DNA of 38,548 nt from Nanohaloarchaea archaeon B1-Br10_U2g1. GTDB taxonomy: Archaea; Nanohalarchaeota; Nanosalinia; Nanosalinales; Nanosalinaceae. Positions 25,588 to 33,861 of this stretch are shown in pieces. The DNA is taken from contig LKMN01000006.1 in NCBI GenBank assembly GCA_001563875.1, positions 1 through 38,548 of the forward strand, written 5' to 3'. Under the pieces are notes generated by a model. It ran no database searches and was not told where the DNA came from. It saw nothing but the letters and a program-made list of their open reading frames with translations. Within the stretch, counting starts at the first letter, position 1, and each line of letters starts with the position of its first letter. Both the position numbers and the translations under genes were made by a program.

Positions 25588-26976
25588 ATGGCAGAAGATG
25601 TAATATTCGGGGAAGATGAGGAAGAAACTGAACAAGAAACCCTTTTTAGTGCAGAAGAGAAAGAAGAGACGAAGGATGAAGACACACTCTTCGAAGAAGA
25701 CGAAGAAAAGGATGAAGACGAAAGTTTAGATAACGAAACTGAAGAGGAAGATGTGCTGTTCGGCGAGGAAGACGAAGAGCTGCCAGATGAACAAGAAGAT
25801 ATTGAATATGAAACAGAGGATTCTGAAGAAAGCCAAAATATTAGTGAAGAATCAACAGCGGACGAAGAGGTTCCAGAAGCGTCCGAAGATAGAATAAGCG
25901 ATATAGAAGATAAAATAAAAGAACTTGAAGAAAACCATTCTATAGAAAACATATCATCTCGTTTAAACAAAATGGAGGAAAGATTAGATGATTTGAACGA
26001 TTCTTCAGAGGCCGGAGAGACGGAAGAGCTAAAAGAAGATGTTAATGATCTTAAAACGCTTACAAACGATTTGGAGAACGAGATTAAGGAGCTAGATGTA
26101 GAAAAAGAGGTAGAACAGGTTAAAGAGCGTCTAGCTGAGAAATCCTCTCTCATAAAGGATATCAAACAGAGTCATGAAGAAAAGCTGTCACATACAGAAG
26201 AAAAAATAGACGAAATTGCTCAAGAGGACTCAGAACAACTTCAACAAAGAATCAAGGAACTCGAAGAAGATATCGAGTCTCTTGAAAACAGAGGTGCAGA
26301 AGACGTAGACGACCTAGAAAAGAGGTTTGAAGAGCTCGAAGAAAGTATAGATGCCTTAGAAGACAGTGAAGAAGGGAGTCGGGAAGAAATAGAAAACAGA
26401 GTAGCAGAGCTTCAAAAAGATATTGACTCTCTGAAAGACGATAAGGAAAAAGTTGAGGAGCTAGAGGGTCGTGTTGAAGAGATCGAAGAAGATAAACTGG
26501 GAGAGCTCAAAATAGAGATACAGAACCTTGAGAACCGGTTAGAAGCGATGGAGGAACAAAGAGAGGAAGAAGATCTAACAAAGCTTAAGGAGCAGGTCGA
26601 ACACCTCAAGGGAATGGTCTCTGACTTCCAATGGATATTCAATGATTTCGATGATCTTGTAAACCTCAAACTCCTTACAAAAGAAGAGTATGAACAGTTA
26701 AAAGACGGTGGAGAAGACCAGGAAGACGTCCTAGAGCAGATTAATACCAATCTTCAAAGACTGGTAACCGAAATCGGTACTGAAAACGAACTCGAAAAAA
26801 GGTTACGGAAACTTGAGGAACAAGGTCTAAAGGAGAAGGAGTCTCAGGATCAAGACTTACAGATGGTTCTTGATGAAATAGAGAGGCAGGAAGAAGAGAT
26901 ACAGGAAATCCGAGAAGGTTACCAAGAGCTTGGCGAGATGATGAAGCTAGTTCTAGAAGAGCTTAGATCTCGCTAA
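25588..26976 (+). CDS. Hyper-acidic coiled-coil protein with N-terminal low-complexity repeats
   Basis: 462-aa ORF, GAGGT SD, E/D-rich head then long heptad region. Confidence 0.85.
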   Translation: MAEDVIFGEDEEETEQETLFSAEEKEETKDEDTLFEEDEEKDEDESLDNETEEEDVLFGEEDEELPDEQEDIEYETEDSEESQNISEESTADEEVPEASEDRISDIEDKIKELEENHSIENISSRLNKMEERLDDLNDSSEAGETEELKEDVNDLKTLTNDLENEIKELDVEKEVEQVKERLAEKSSLIKDIKQSHEEKLSHTEEKIDEIAQEDSEQLQQRIKELEEDIESLENRGAEDVDDLEKRFEELEESIDALEDSEEGSREEIENRVAELQKDIDSLKDDKEKVEELEGRVEEIEEDKLGELKIEIQNLENRLEAMEEQREEEDLTKLKEQVEHLKGMVSDFQWIFNDFDDLVNLKLLTKEEYEQLKDGGEDQEDVLEQINTNLQRLVTEIGTENELEKRLRKLEEQGLKEKESQDQDLQMVLDEIERQEEEIQEIREGYQELGEMMKLVLEELRSR

Positions 26977-26979
26977 ACT

Positions 26980-28002
26980 TCACATAAAGCTTTCAAGACC
27001 GGATTGACGGCTTTTAAGCGCTTTCTCAAGTTTATTGATGCCTGAGTTGACACGGTCCTCTGAAAAGTCGTGGTCGTCAACCAAAACCTTTCTTATCTGA
27101 TCCTTATCTGGTTCTCCAAAGCTGTAATCTTCTTCCACGACCGGAGGGTCTGTGAAGAATTCTAGAATTGTTTCGGGATCATTCTCTGAATCCCAGCTTA
27201 CTTTCTCGTCTTCAAGCAGCTTGTCGAACTCATCATATTCTCTGACTAGTTTCAAGCCGGTTTTAGGACCTATACCGTGTACTCCGTCCGGATTGAAGTC
27301 TGTACCCACCAGTATTCCGAGCCATATAAGCTTCTCTTGTGATATGTCCAGTTCTTCCAGAACAGCTTCTTTCTCAATTTTCTCTGTAGAAATCTGTTTC
27401 TCTCCGCCTCCAGAAGTTTTACGTTTTTTTCTTGAAGTAAGATTTCTTACCATTCTATCGGCTCCGAAAAGCAGACAGTCCCAGTCTTGGCTACCAACAG
27501 CGTAAACATCTTCATTGGAGCTCATGTATGCAGCTTGAGCTTCTCCTTCGCTTGGAGCCTCGATGAAAGGTATGCCCATAGCATCCAATAGTTTTTTTGA
27601 CTCTACAAGCATTTCGGAAGTGACTTTAGAGCTTTGTGTGGCTTTTGAATATGCTTCGGAAATTTTTCCTTCTTCTTTCAGTTTCTCCCATTCCTTACGG
27701 GCTTCTTCGCGTTTTTTACGTCTTCTGGAGCTTTCTTTCTCTTTTAAATCTGGTACGCTACCGTCGAAAATATATATAGGGCGGATGTTGTTCTCCAGAA
27801 GGTTTATGTTTCTATAGAAAAGACCTGAAAGATGAGAGGTCACCTGTCCGGAAGAGTCTTTTAACGGGGTTCCGTCTCTTTGTCTTATTATCGATATGAA
27901 CTGGTAGATGGTATTCATGGCGTCTACAGCAATTTCTTTATCGTTTAGATCACCAAAACTTATTTCTTCAGGCTCTACAAGGTCACCGAAGTTGACTCCC
28001 AT
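26980..28002 (-). CDS. fen: Flap endonuclease 1
   Basis: MGV start (ATG 28002), DAMNTIYQF, TSHLSGLFYR, EGEAQAA, SQDWD, GTDFN..GIGPKTG, C-terminal PIP box QSGLESF. Confidence 0.97.
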   Translation of the reverse strand: MGVNFGDLVEPEEISFGDLNDKEIAVDAMNTIYQFISIIRQRDGTPLKDSSGQVTSHLSGLFYRNINLLENNIRPIYIFDGSVPDLKEKESSRRRKKREEARKEWEKLKEEGKISEAYSKATQSSKVTSEMLVESKKLLDAMGIPFIEAPSEGEAQAAYMSSNEDVYAVGSQDWDCLLFGADRMVRNLTSRKKRKTSGGGEKQISTEKIEKEAVLEELDISQEKLIWLGILVGTDFNPDGVHGIGPKTGLKLVREYDEFDKLLEDEKVSWDSENDPETILEFFTDPPVVEEDYSFGEPDKDQIRKVLVDDHDFSEDRVNSGINKLEKALKSRQSGLESFM

Positions 28003-28078
28003 AGAGGACACTTTGACGTGCCAGCTTTAAATCCGGTCTTGGTTAAGAGGGATAAAAAAGGGCTGATAAATTAGTACT

Positions 28079-28216
28079 ATGAATACGTTCTGTGAGTTCT
28101 GCCAAGAGAGAAAAGCGGTTACTTCATGTAATGTGTGCGGTAGTAATGTATGTAGAGAGGATAAACTGGATTATGGGTGCAGGGTTTGTGGAGGAGGAAA
28201 AAAGAGTTTTGAATAA
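28079..28216 (+). CDS. 45-aa Cys-rich zinc-finger microprotein
   Basis: Not in the ORF track. MNTFCEFCQERKAVTSCNVCGSNVCREDKLDYGCRVCGGGKKSFE; three CxxC plus one extra Cys. Confidence 0.85.
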   Translation: MNTFCEFCQERKAVTSCNVCGSNVCREDKLDYGCRVCGGGKKSFE

Positions 28217-28220
28217 GTAA

Positions 28221-28475
28221 TCAAAGCTTGTCGAAGTGCTCGAGCTCAATGCTTTGAATATTGTCTAGCTGCTCTAGCTTCTCCTCAACTGCGTCAGTTC
28301 CTCCTTCCTCGTCAGTTGTGATTGTAGATACTTTGACTGCTTTAAGTCCGAAGGCAACGTTCTCCTCACCGATGTCTTCTACATCTATAAGCTCGTTTAT
28401 TTGATCTTTAACTTCTCCTAAATCGGTTTCAGCATCTTCTGGCATTATCTTGTAAACGCATGAAATCTTTCCCAT
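28221..28475 (-). CDS. ef1b: Translation elongation factor 1-beta (aEF-1B)
   Basis: KIMPEDAETDL, ENVAFGLKAV, DEEGGTDAVEE. Confidence 0.95.
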   Translation of the reverse strand: MGKISCVYKIMPEDAETDLGEVKDQINELIDVEDIGEENVAFGLKAVKVSTITTDEEGGTDAVEEKLEQLDNIQSIELEHFDKL

Positions 28476-28560
28476 TTTTTGTTCAACCTCGATATAGAAC
28501 CGAGTTATATTTGAAGATTTAAAAACAGACCTCTAATCTTTGAAGGAGAAAAGAGAGGTT

Positions 28561-28579
28561 GTGAGGAAAACTTCCTCAC
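28561..28579. terminator. 8-bp hairpin GTGAGGAA-AAC-TTCCTCAC flanked by minus-strand T tracts
   Basis: Perfect inverted repeat downstream of the minus-strand micro-ORF 28617..28670. Confidence 0.5.
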
Positions 28580-28616
28580 TAAAAACTATAGTAAAAAAGT
28601 TAATTCTAATAGATTT

Positions 28617-28670
28617 CTAGAATGGTAGTTTTTCTCTGATGTTTGCCCATGCTTCTTTTAACTTCTCCAT
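28617..28670 (-). CDS. 17-aa amphipathic micro-peptide MEKLKEAWANIREKLPF
   Basis: Not in the ORF track. GGAGGTGA SD 5 nt before ATG, TATA-like boxes at about 28733-28757, downstream hairpin. Confidence 0.6.
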   Translation of the reverse strand: MEKLKEAWANIREKLPF

Positions 28671-28809
28671 ATTGTTCACCTCCTAGTTAATTTGAACTGT
28701 TTTAATGGTTTTCTGGAAGGACTCTATATTAGATATAAAACGACCTTATATAAATAAAAGCCACTACCAAGACAGTTTATATCCAAGAAGAGTTTTTTAC
28801 TTGGTTGAT

Positions 28810-28882
28810 GCCCCCTTGGTCTAGCTGGAAAGACGTCACCTTGCGGAGGTGAAGATCCTGGGTTCAAATCCCAGAGGGGGCG
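28810..28882 (+). tRNA. tRNA-Arg(GCG), intronless, CCA not encoded
   Basis: Acceptor GCCCCCT/AGGGGGC, anticodon arm TCACC-TTGCGGA-GGTGA, T arm CTGGG-TTCAAAT-CCCAG, TTTATA at about 28776. Confidence 0.97.
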
Positions 28883-28892
28883 AGAGATTTGT

Positions 28893-30134
28893 TCATGCCT
28901 GAACGGCGTTTCTTACGGTCTCCTGTATATAATCGTCATAGTCTTCTCCTATTGAAGTGTCTAAGACATCTCTCAGCTTATCTGAACGACTTAAGCCGGT
29001 AAAGTATCTTTCAGGCAGCTCCTCTTCAATCTGCTCTAGATGCTGTATAGGCTTTTCAAGTGTTCTGTACTGGTCGGTAGCTGTTTCGCCAAGCGCCTGA
29101 ATAGTCTCTTGATACTGGTCTCTTATATGGTCTTCAGCGTCGTCTAGAAGCCGTTTATCGATATTGTAGGAAGCATTCAGCTCTGTAAGGAGGTCTCTTG
29201 GACTGTCGTCTGCAAGTTTTTCAAGTAAAGTTACGGTTCTCTTGAGGTCTCGAGACATCTCTACAGTATATGTCTCAAGTTCATTGGCTTGAACGTCATA
29301 GAAATCTTCTAAAGTATCTCTCAGCTCTATGAAACGGCTCTCTAATCTGTTTCTCTTCGTAACGTTATCGTTTATGCTTTCATAGAGCTCTTCATCCACT
29401 ACATAGTTTACTGCTTTCGATTCGTATTTCTTTATTTCTTCGGAGTCTGATCCCAGCCCTTTCACAGTTCTTTCAGGTGCGGGCTCCTTTTCCCTGCCTA
29501 GTTTTTCTACCTGTTTTCCCTGTTTTGCAAGTGCTTCCTGTATCTGGGCGAACTTCCTGTCTATATTCTGTAATGGAAATGAAACGGCTCTTACAAACTC
29601 TAAGGAGCTGAGTCCGTCTTCATCTCTAAAGCTGTACGTCTCATTCAGTATTTCAGGTTCCTCTAGCGAGGTATCTTCTGCCCATCTCTTGGTCTGACCT
29701 AGCTCCCTACTTATTTCACGAGTCTTCGCGGCTATACTACTTTCCAGTTCTGTTCTGACTCCCTGCATCTTAAGTTCGGATTCTTCACGCTCTCTTTCCC
29801 AGTCTTTCAGATGGAAGCGCCCTCTCTCTACTGATCTGCTAGCGTCCGTAAAGCTTAACCTCTCTTCAGTGGCTAGAGCGTTATCAAACGATTCTTGAGC
29901 AGTATCTGAGGCTTTCTGTCTCCCGAAACGAGAGGTAGGTCGCATGTTGTCAAAGAATCTTTCAAGACTGTTCTCTACACGTTCCTCGGTGTCTTTTGAG
30001 GCTTTGAGCCTCTCCAGGTCTTCGCCAGGCGTTCTATCTGGTTTTTCTGAGCCGTCTCCTAAAACCTGGTCTGACTCGTCTAGTTCGCTCGTTGTATGGC
30101 TGGCTACTGAAGGTCTGTCGGCTCTTTCAATCAT
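28893..30134 (-). CDS. Alpha-helical hypothetical protein, paralogue of 1717..3120
   Basis: 413-aa ORF, colinear shared motifs (MIERAD, RPTSRFG, RWAE, KGLGSDS, RSDKLR). Confidence 0.85.
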   Translation of the reverse strand: MIERADRPSVASHTTSELDESDQVLGDGSEKPDRTPGEDLERLKASKDTEERVENSLERFFDNMRPTSRFGRQKASDTAQESFDNALATEERLSFTDASRSVERGRFHLKDWEREREESELKMQGVRTELESSIAAKTREISRELGQTKRWAEDTSLEEPEILNETYSFRDEDGLSSLEFVRAVSFPLQNIDRKFAQIQEALAKQGKQVEKLGREKEPAPERTVKGLGSDSEEIKKYESKAVNYVVDEELYESINDNVTKRNRLESRFIELRDTLEDFYDVQANELETYTVEMSRDLKRTVTLLEKLADDSPRDLLTELNASYNIDKRLLDDAEDHIRDQYQETIQALGETATDQYRTLEKPIQHLEQIEEELPERYFTGLSRSDKLRDVLDTSIGEDYDDYIQETVRNAVQA

Positions 30135-30220
30135 CTTTCCTCACGGCCAAGAACTCCAAATCAGGACTATTAAACAATGTTGTCTCGGATAACAGTATGT
30201 CCGGATTTTGCTTCTGTTTT

Positions 30221-30697
30221 TCAAATCTTCTCCGCTATCTCCTCTCCAATATCTAAACCTGTCTGCTCATACTTTTTCGAAGCCTCCAAAACAGCTATGT
30301 AAGCAACTATAGATAGTACTGAGGCAAGAAACAGATTGCCTATAATCATGGTCTGTGTCGCGTCTACAGCCTGACTGGCTAGAGCGACCTCTAGAGCTTC
30401 TTCTGGAGGTGAAGATCTGGTTAGCACGGTACCTATACTGTAACTCACTATATAGATGGGGTACTTGACCACAGGGTTAAAGACTACAACACAGGCGAAG
30501 AGAGCAAGTTTGTTTATTCTGTCAAATATTCTCGATATAACCAAAAAGAATACTACACCTAACCCTAACGAAGGGATAACCGTTACAAAAGTGCCTAATG
30601 CGGCGCTGAAGGCGGTTTCTCTAGGTGTGTGCTCTTCTTTCAACGCTTTCTCTAACTCGTTTTTCACTCTTTCCTGGTACTCTCCGAATCTGCCCAT
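30221..30697 (-). CDS. DUF2062 family membrane protein
   Basis: TPRETAFSAALGTFVTVIPSLG, NKLALFACVVVFNPVVKYPIY. Confidence 0.85.
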   Translation of the reverse strand: MGRFGEYQERVKNELEKALKEEHTPRETAFSAALGTFVTVIPSLGLGVVFFLVISRIFDRINKLALFACVVVFNPVVKYPIYIVSYSIGTVLTRSSPPEEALEVALASQAVDATQTMIIGNLFLASVLSIVAYIAVLEASKKYEQTGLDIGEEIAEKI

Positions 30698-30756
30698 GAA
30701 CTAGTATTGTTTTTGTCTACATTCTTTTTGAGTATGGAGTCTAAAAACAGGATGTT

Positions 30757-31467
30757 ATGGAAGAAGGTCTTAGTCTGAAGATTGATCCTCATGTACACTC
30801 TCAAGCCTCTTTTGATGGTAAAGAACCGGTAGAACTTATACTTGAACATGCAAGTGATATAGGTCTAGACGGAGTAGTCATAACTGATCATGACGAGATA
30901 GATGCGTCTCTCAAGGCTGCGGAATTGGCGGAGGACTATGGTTTAATAGGTGTTCCTGGAGTAGAGGTCTCCACGAAAGCAGGACATCTACTTGCTATAG
31001 GTGTTGAACAGAGACCTGAAGAAAGGAAACCTCTCCGGGAAACTATCGCGGAAGTAAGAGAAGAGGGCGGTGCGGCCGTCATACCACATCCCTTCCAGAG
31101 AACCAGACACGGTGTAAAGAAACGTAAAATTCGGAAACCAGACGCTATAGAAATATACAACTCTTGGCTTTTCACTGGTTATAGAAACAGGAGGGCTAAA
31201 ACCTTTGCAGAAAAAAGAGATATACCTGGTGTTGCTGCAAGTGATGCCCACTCGGTAGGAACTGTCGGAAGAGCGTATACTGAGATAGTTTTTGAAGAGA
31301 AACGGTCCAAGGAGGAAATTGGTTGCGAAGATATTGTGGAGGCTATCAAAGCAGATAAAGGGAATGTTTACGGCTGTAGAGTGCCTATATACAAGAGCGC
31401 AGGCCACTACGTCAAAGGCAGTGCCCGTAGAATAGGCTATGCTGTCAGAAGAGCAAAGTTTTTCTAG
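30757..31467 (+). CDS. PHP-domain metal-dependent phosphoesterase
   Basis: DPHVHS, ITDHD, GVEVST..GHLL, PHPF, SDAH metal-ligand motifs. Confidence 0.92.
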   Translation: MEEGLSLKIDPHVHSQASFDGKEPVELILEHASDIGLDGVVITDHDEIDASLKAAELAEDYGLIGVPGVEVSTKAGHLLAIGVEQRPEERKPLRETIAEVREEGGAAVIPHPFQRTRHGVKKRKIRKPDAIEIYNSWLFTGYRNRRAKTFAEKRDIPGVAASDAHSVGTVGRAYTEIVFEEKRSKEEIGCEDIVEAIKADKGNVYGCRVPIYKSAGHYVKGSARRIGYAVRRAKFF

Positions 31468-31682
31468 TGGCTAAAAAACTTCCGATCTGTTTTAATTAAC
31501 TTTTAGGATTAAAAACGGATTTTAGATAACTCTGTATTGCATATTATATTAATAAGGATTTCTTTGTAGTTTGTTTAATCATATTCAGGTTTAAATCTTA
31601 ATGCGTCGTCTTTTTGGGTTCAGGAAAACAATTGCGGAAAGGCATAATAATCGTTAATATAGGGAGCAGCGCTAAGATTACT

Positions 31683-32138
31683 ATGTCAGAAGATAAGGTA
31701 CAGAACCTACATTTCGATGTTAAAGCATCCAGTAAAACACCTGTAGAAACAGTGGTGGAGACACCGGGCTCGGAAATCATTATAAGAGATCCTGAAGCCT
31801 ACAACAAATTTGATAGATTGGTTAACCCTGAAGAATATCTCCTAGGGTCTCTTGCAGGATGTATAAGTCGTATTGCTCACATAGTTGCTTATGAAAAAGA
31901 TTTGGAGCTTGAAGAGCTCAATATAGATATAGGTGGAGAGATTAATCCTTCAAAATTTTTAGGTGAAGAAAGTAAAGAAGGCTCAAAATTCCGGGAAATC
32001 GATGTAAAAATAAAAGCAGATATTGAAGCTGACGAGGAAGAATTCAGAGAATGGATCAGACAGATCCGTGAAAGATCACAGATAGTTGACACGGTCGAGA
32101 ACAGTGTATCGGTAAACATTGGGATGAGCCGGCTATAA
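31683..32138 (+). CDS. OsmC/Ohr-fold protein with only one Cys
   Basis: NPEEYLLGSLAGC motif and OsmC-like layout; ATG 31683 preferred over the track's TTG 31614. Confidence 0.8.
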   Translation: MSEDKVQNLHFDVKASSKTPVETVVETPGSEIIIRDPEAYNKFDRLVNPEEYLLGSLAGCISRIAHIVAYEKDLELEELNIDIGGEINPSKFLGEESKEGSKFREIDVKIKADIEADEEEFREWIRQIRERSQIVDTVENSVSVNIGMSRL

Positions 32139-32163
32139 AAGCTGTATAAGTCCATATATAACT

Positions 32164-32517
32164 GTGAAGTACAGGAAAACCGAGGTAAGGGTGGGAGAAG
32201 AAAAGTTTGAAAGCTACCTGGCAGACAGCTTCTTAAGCAGATTCTGGGGTCTAAGCCTGAAAAAAACAGGTAAGATGCTGTTTGTACTACCTTGGGACAC
32301 AAAGGCAGGAATAGACATGATGCTGCTATCTCGACCGCTGCATCTGTACTTCATAGATTCTGAGAAAAAAGTGGTTGATATAAAGAAGGCTGAGCCCTGG
32401 ACATGGAATCCGAAAACATGGAGAATATACCGTCCAGAAACCAAACATCGTTATCTGCTTGAGTCTTTCGAAAAACTAGATATCCAAGAAGGAGATAAAG
32501 TCGGTTTCGAGATTTAA
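32164..32517 (+). CDS. DUF192 family protein
   Basis: LADSFLSRFWGL, MLF, FIDSEKKVV, YLLE, IQEGDKV. Confidence 0.85.
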   Translation: MKYRKTEVRVGEEKFESYLADSFLSRFWGLSLKKTGKMLFVLPWDTKAGIDMMLLSRPLHLYFIDSEKKVVDIKKAEPWTWNPKTWRIYRPETKHRYLLESFEKLDIQEGDKVGFEI

Positions 32518-32542
32518 AGGTTTCAGTTAAAATACTAGAGGT

Positions 32543-33223
32543 ATGGAGCTCACAAAGTTCTGTCCGCGATGCGGAGAAGAAACAGAACGCCTTTACGGAA
32601 ACAAGAAGAAGCTATGTCCTGACTGTTATCCGGATGTAAACACTCTTATTGAGATTCCGGACACTGTCGAACTTGATATATGCAGCATCTGCGGCAGAAT
32701 GAGGAAACAAGGAGTCTGGATAGAAGAATATACTTTGGAAGAGCAGCTTGCAGCAAAGTTCGAAGAGTTCTCTGAACCTGGTATAGAGTTAGAGCTACAG
32801 TACTGGGAGGAAAACGAAAGAATGTTCGTGAGGGTACACGCCTTCAAAGATGAGATGAAAGCGGAGTACGACACCGAGATAAAGATAAACCAAGAACAGT
32901 GTAAGACGTGCTCACAGTTCCACGGAGGATTCTACAAGGTAAAAATGCAGCTTCGAGGCGAAAAAAACCTTAACAAGATTTCAAACCAGGTAGTTGACAA
33001 AGCTGCTGAGGTAACTAATGAAGGCCGTAAAAACTTTCTTGCAAACGTTGAGAAGATGGAGCACGGCTACGACTTCTACTTCTCAACCGAAAAAATAGCT
33101 GGAGAGATACTCAGGATGCTGAAAAACCGGTATGATACCGAAGTGAAAAGAAGCTATGAGCTTATAGGAGAGGACGACGGGCAAAGAGTCTACAGAAACG
33201 TTATCTCGGTAAGAGTGGAATAA
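32543..33223 (+). CDS. nmd3: NMD3 family ribosome biogenesis protein
   Basis: FCPRCG, LCPDC, CSICG, CKTC...GGFYKVKMQLR, YRNVISVR. Confidence 0.9.
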   Translation: MELTKFCPRCGEETERLYGNKKKLCPDCYPDVNTLIEIPDTVELDICSICGRMRKQGVWIEEYTLEEQLAAKFEEFSEPGIELELQYWEENERMFVRVHAFKDEMKAEYDTEIKINQEQCKTCSQFHGGFYKVKMQLRGEKNLNKISNQVVDKAAEVTNEGRKNFLANVEKMEHGYDFYFSTEKIAGEILRMLKNRYDTEVKRSYELIGEDDGQRVYRNVISVRVE

Positions 33224-33257
33224 TTGGTTTAAAAAACTGTTTCTATAAAACCGTATT

Positions 33258-33569
33258 ATGGCAGAGGAACAAGAAGAAGGAATAGGCCGTGTACGTGAAC
33301 CGGAAGGGGAAGAAGTACTCGGCATAGTACTGAGGAAAGAAGGTGGAGGAAAATACCGTGTATACTGTACAGACGGAAGAAAAAGAATCTGCCGGATACC
33401 AGGAAGCAAGAAGAGAGGAATATGGGTAAAAAGAGACTCAGTAGTACTAGTTGATCCTTGGGATATACAGGGCGACGAAAAAGGAGACATAGTAAAGAGC
33501 TACTCTCAGGCAGAGACAGACTGGCTTGAAGGCCGGGACTATCTGGACGAAATCTCAGAGTTCCTATAA
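33258..33569 (+). CDS. eif1a: Translation initiation factor aIF-1A
   Basis: EVLGIV...VYCTDGRKRICRIPG..KRGIWV...PWDIQGDEKGDI. Confidence 0.96.
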   Translation: MAEEQEEGIGRVREPEGEEVLGIVLRKEGGGKYRVYCTDGRKRICRIPGSKKRGIWVKRDSVVLVDPWDIQGDEKGDIVKSYSQAETDWLEGRDYLDEISEFL

Positions 33570-33579
33570 ACCTGTGAAA

Positions 33580-33828
33580 ATGATCTCAAAACATAAAGAC
33601 GTTTTAGCAGTATTTGTAGCTGTATTTCTAGCAACTGCGCTTATACTGAATGTTCTTTGGGCTACAGGTATCTTGATGTGGGGAGGATACATAAACGGTC
33701 CAGAAGGATTTTTGGAGCTATATGTTCCGGTAATATTTGCTACAAACTATGGACCTATACTGATATCTTTTGTTACAGGAGCTTTAGCATCCGGAATCTA
33801 CAAGGTATACAGCCGGTACAAGGGATAG
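33580..33828 (+). CDS. Small two-TM membrane protein
   Basis: ATG 33580 gives 82 aa with two hydrophobic helices and fills the gap between aIF-1A and RIO1. Confidence 0.7.
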   Translation: MISKHKDVLAVFVAVFLATALILNVLWATGILMWGGYINGPEGFLELYVPVIFATNYGPILISFVTGALASGIYKVYSRYKG

Positions 33829-33861
33829 ACTTGTTTAATCTTTCTAAACCAGTTCATAGAT

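Noticed and set aside
25581-26165. Long Ser/Phe-rich antisense ORFs (this one and many others in the track, e.g. 24692..25132, 541..792, 12255..12707)
   Set aside because: Shadows of Glu/Asp/Lys-rich sense genes (GAA reads TTC/TCT on the other strand); no SD or motifs, and fully overlapped by better genes.
24552-26976. SMC/Rad50 chromosome segregation proteins
   Set aside because: No Walker A/B, signature motif, hinge or zinc hook; similarity would be coiled-coil composition only.
28810-30220. Integrated element at tRNA-Arg
   Set aside because: No integrase, and I saw no direct repeat of the tRNA 3' end elsewhere in the window (checked by eye only).
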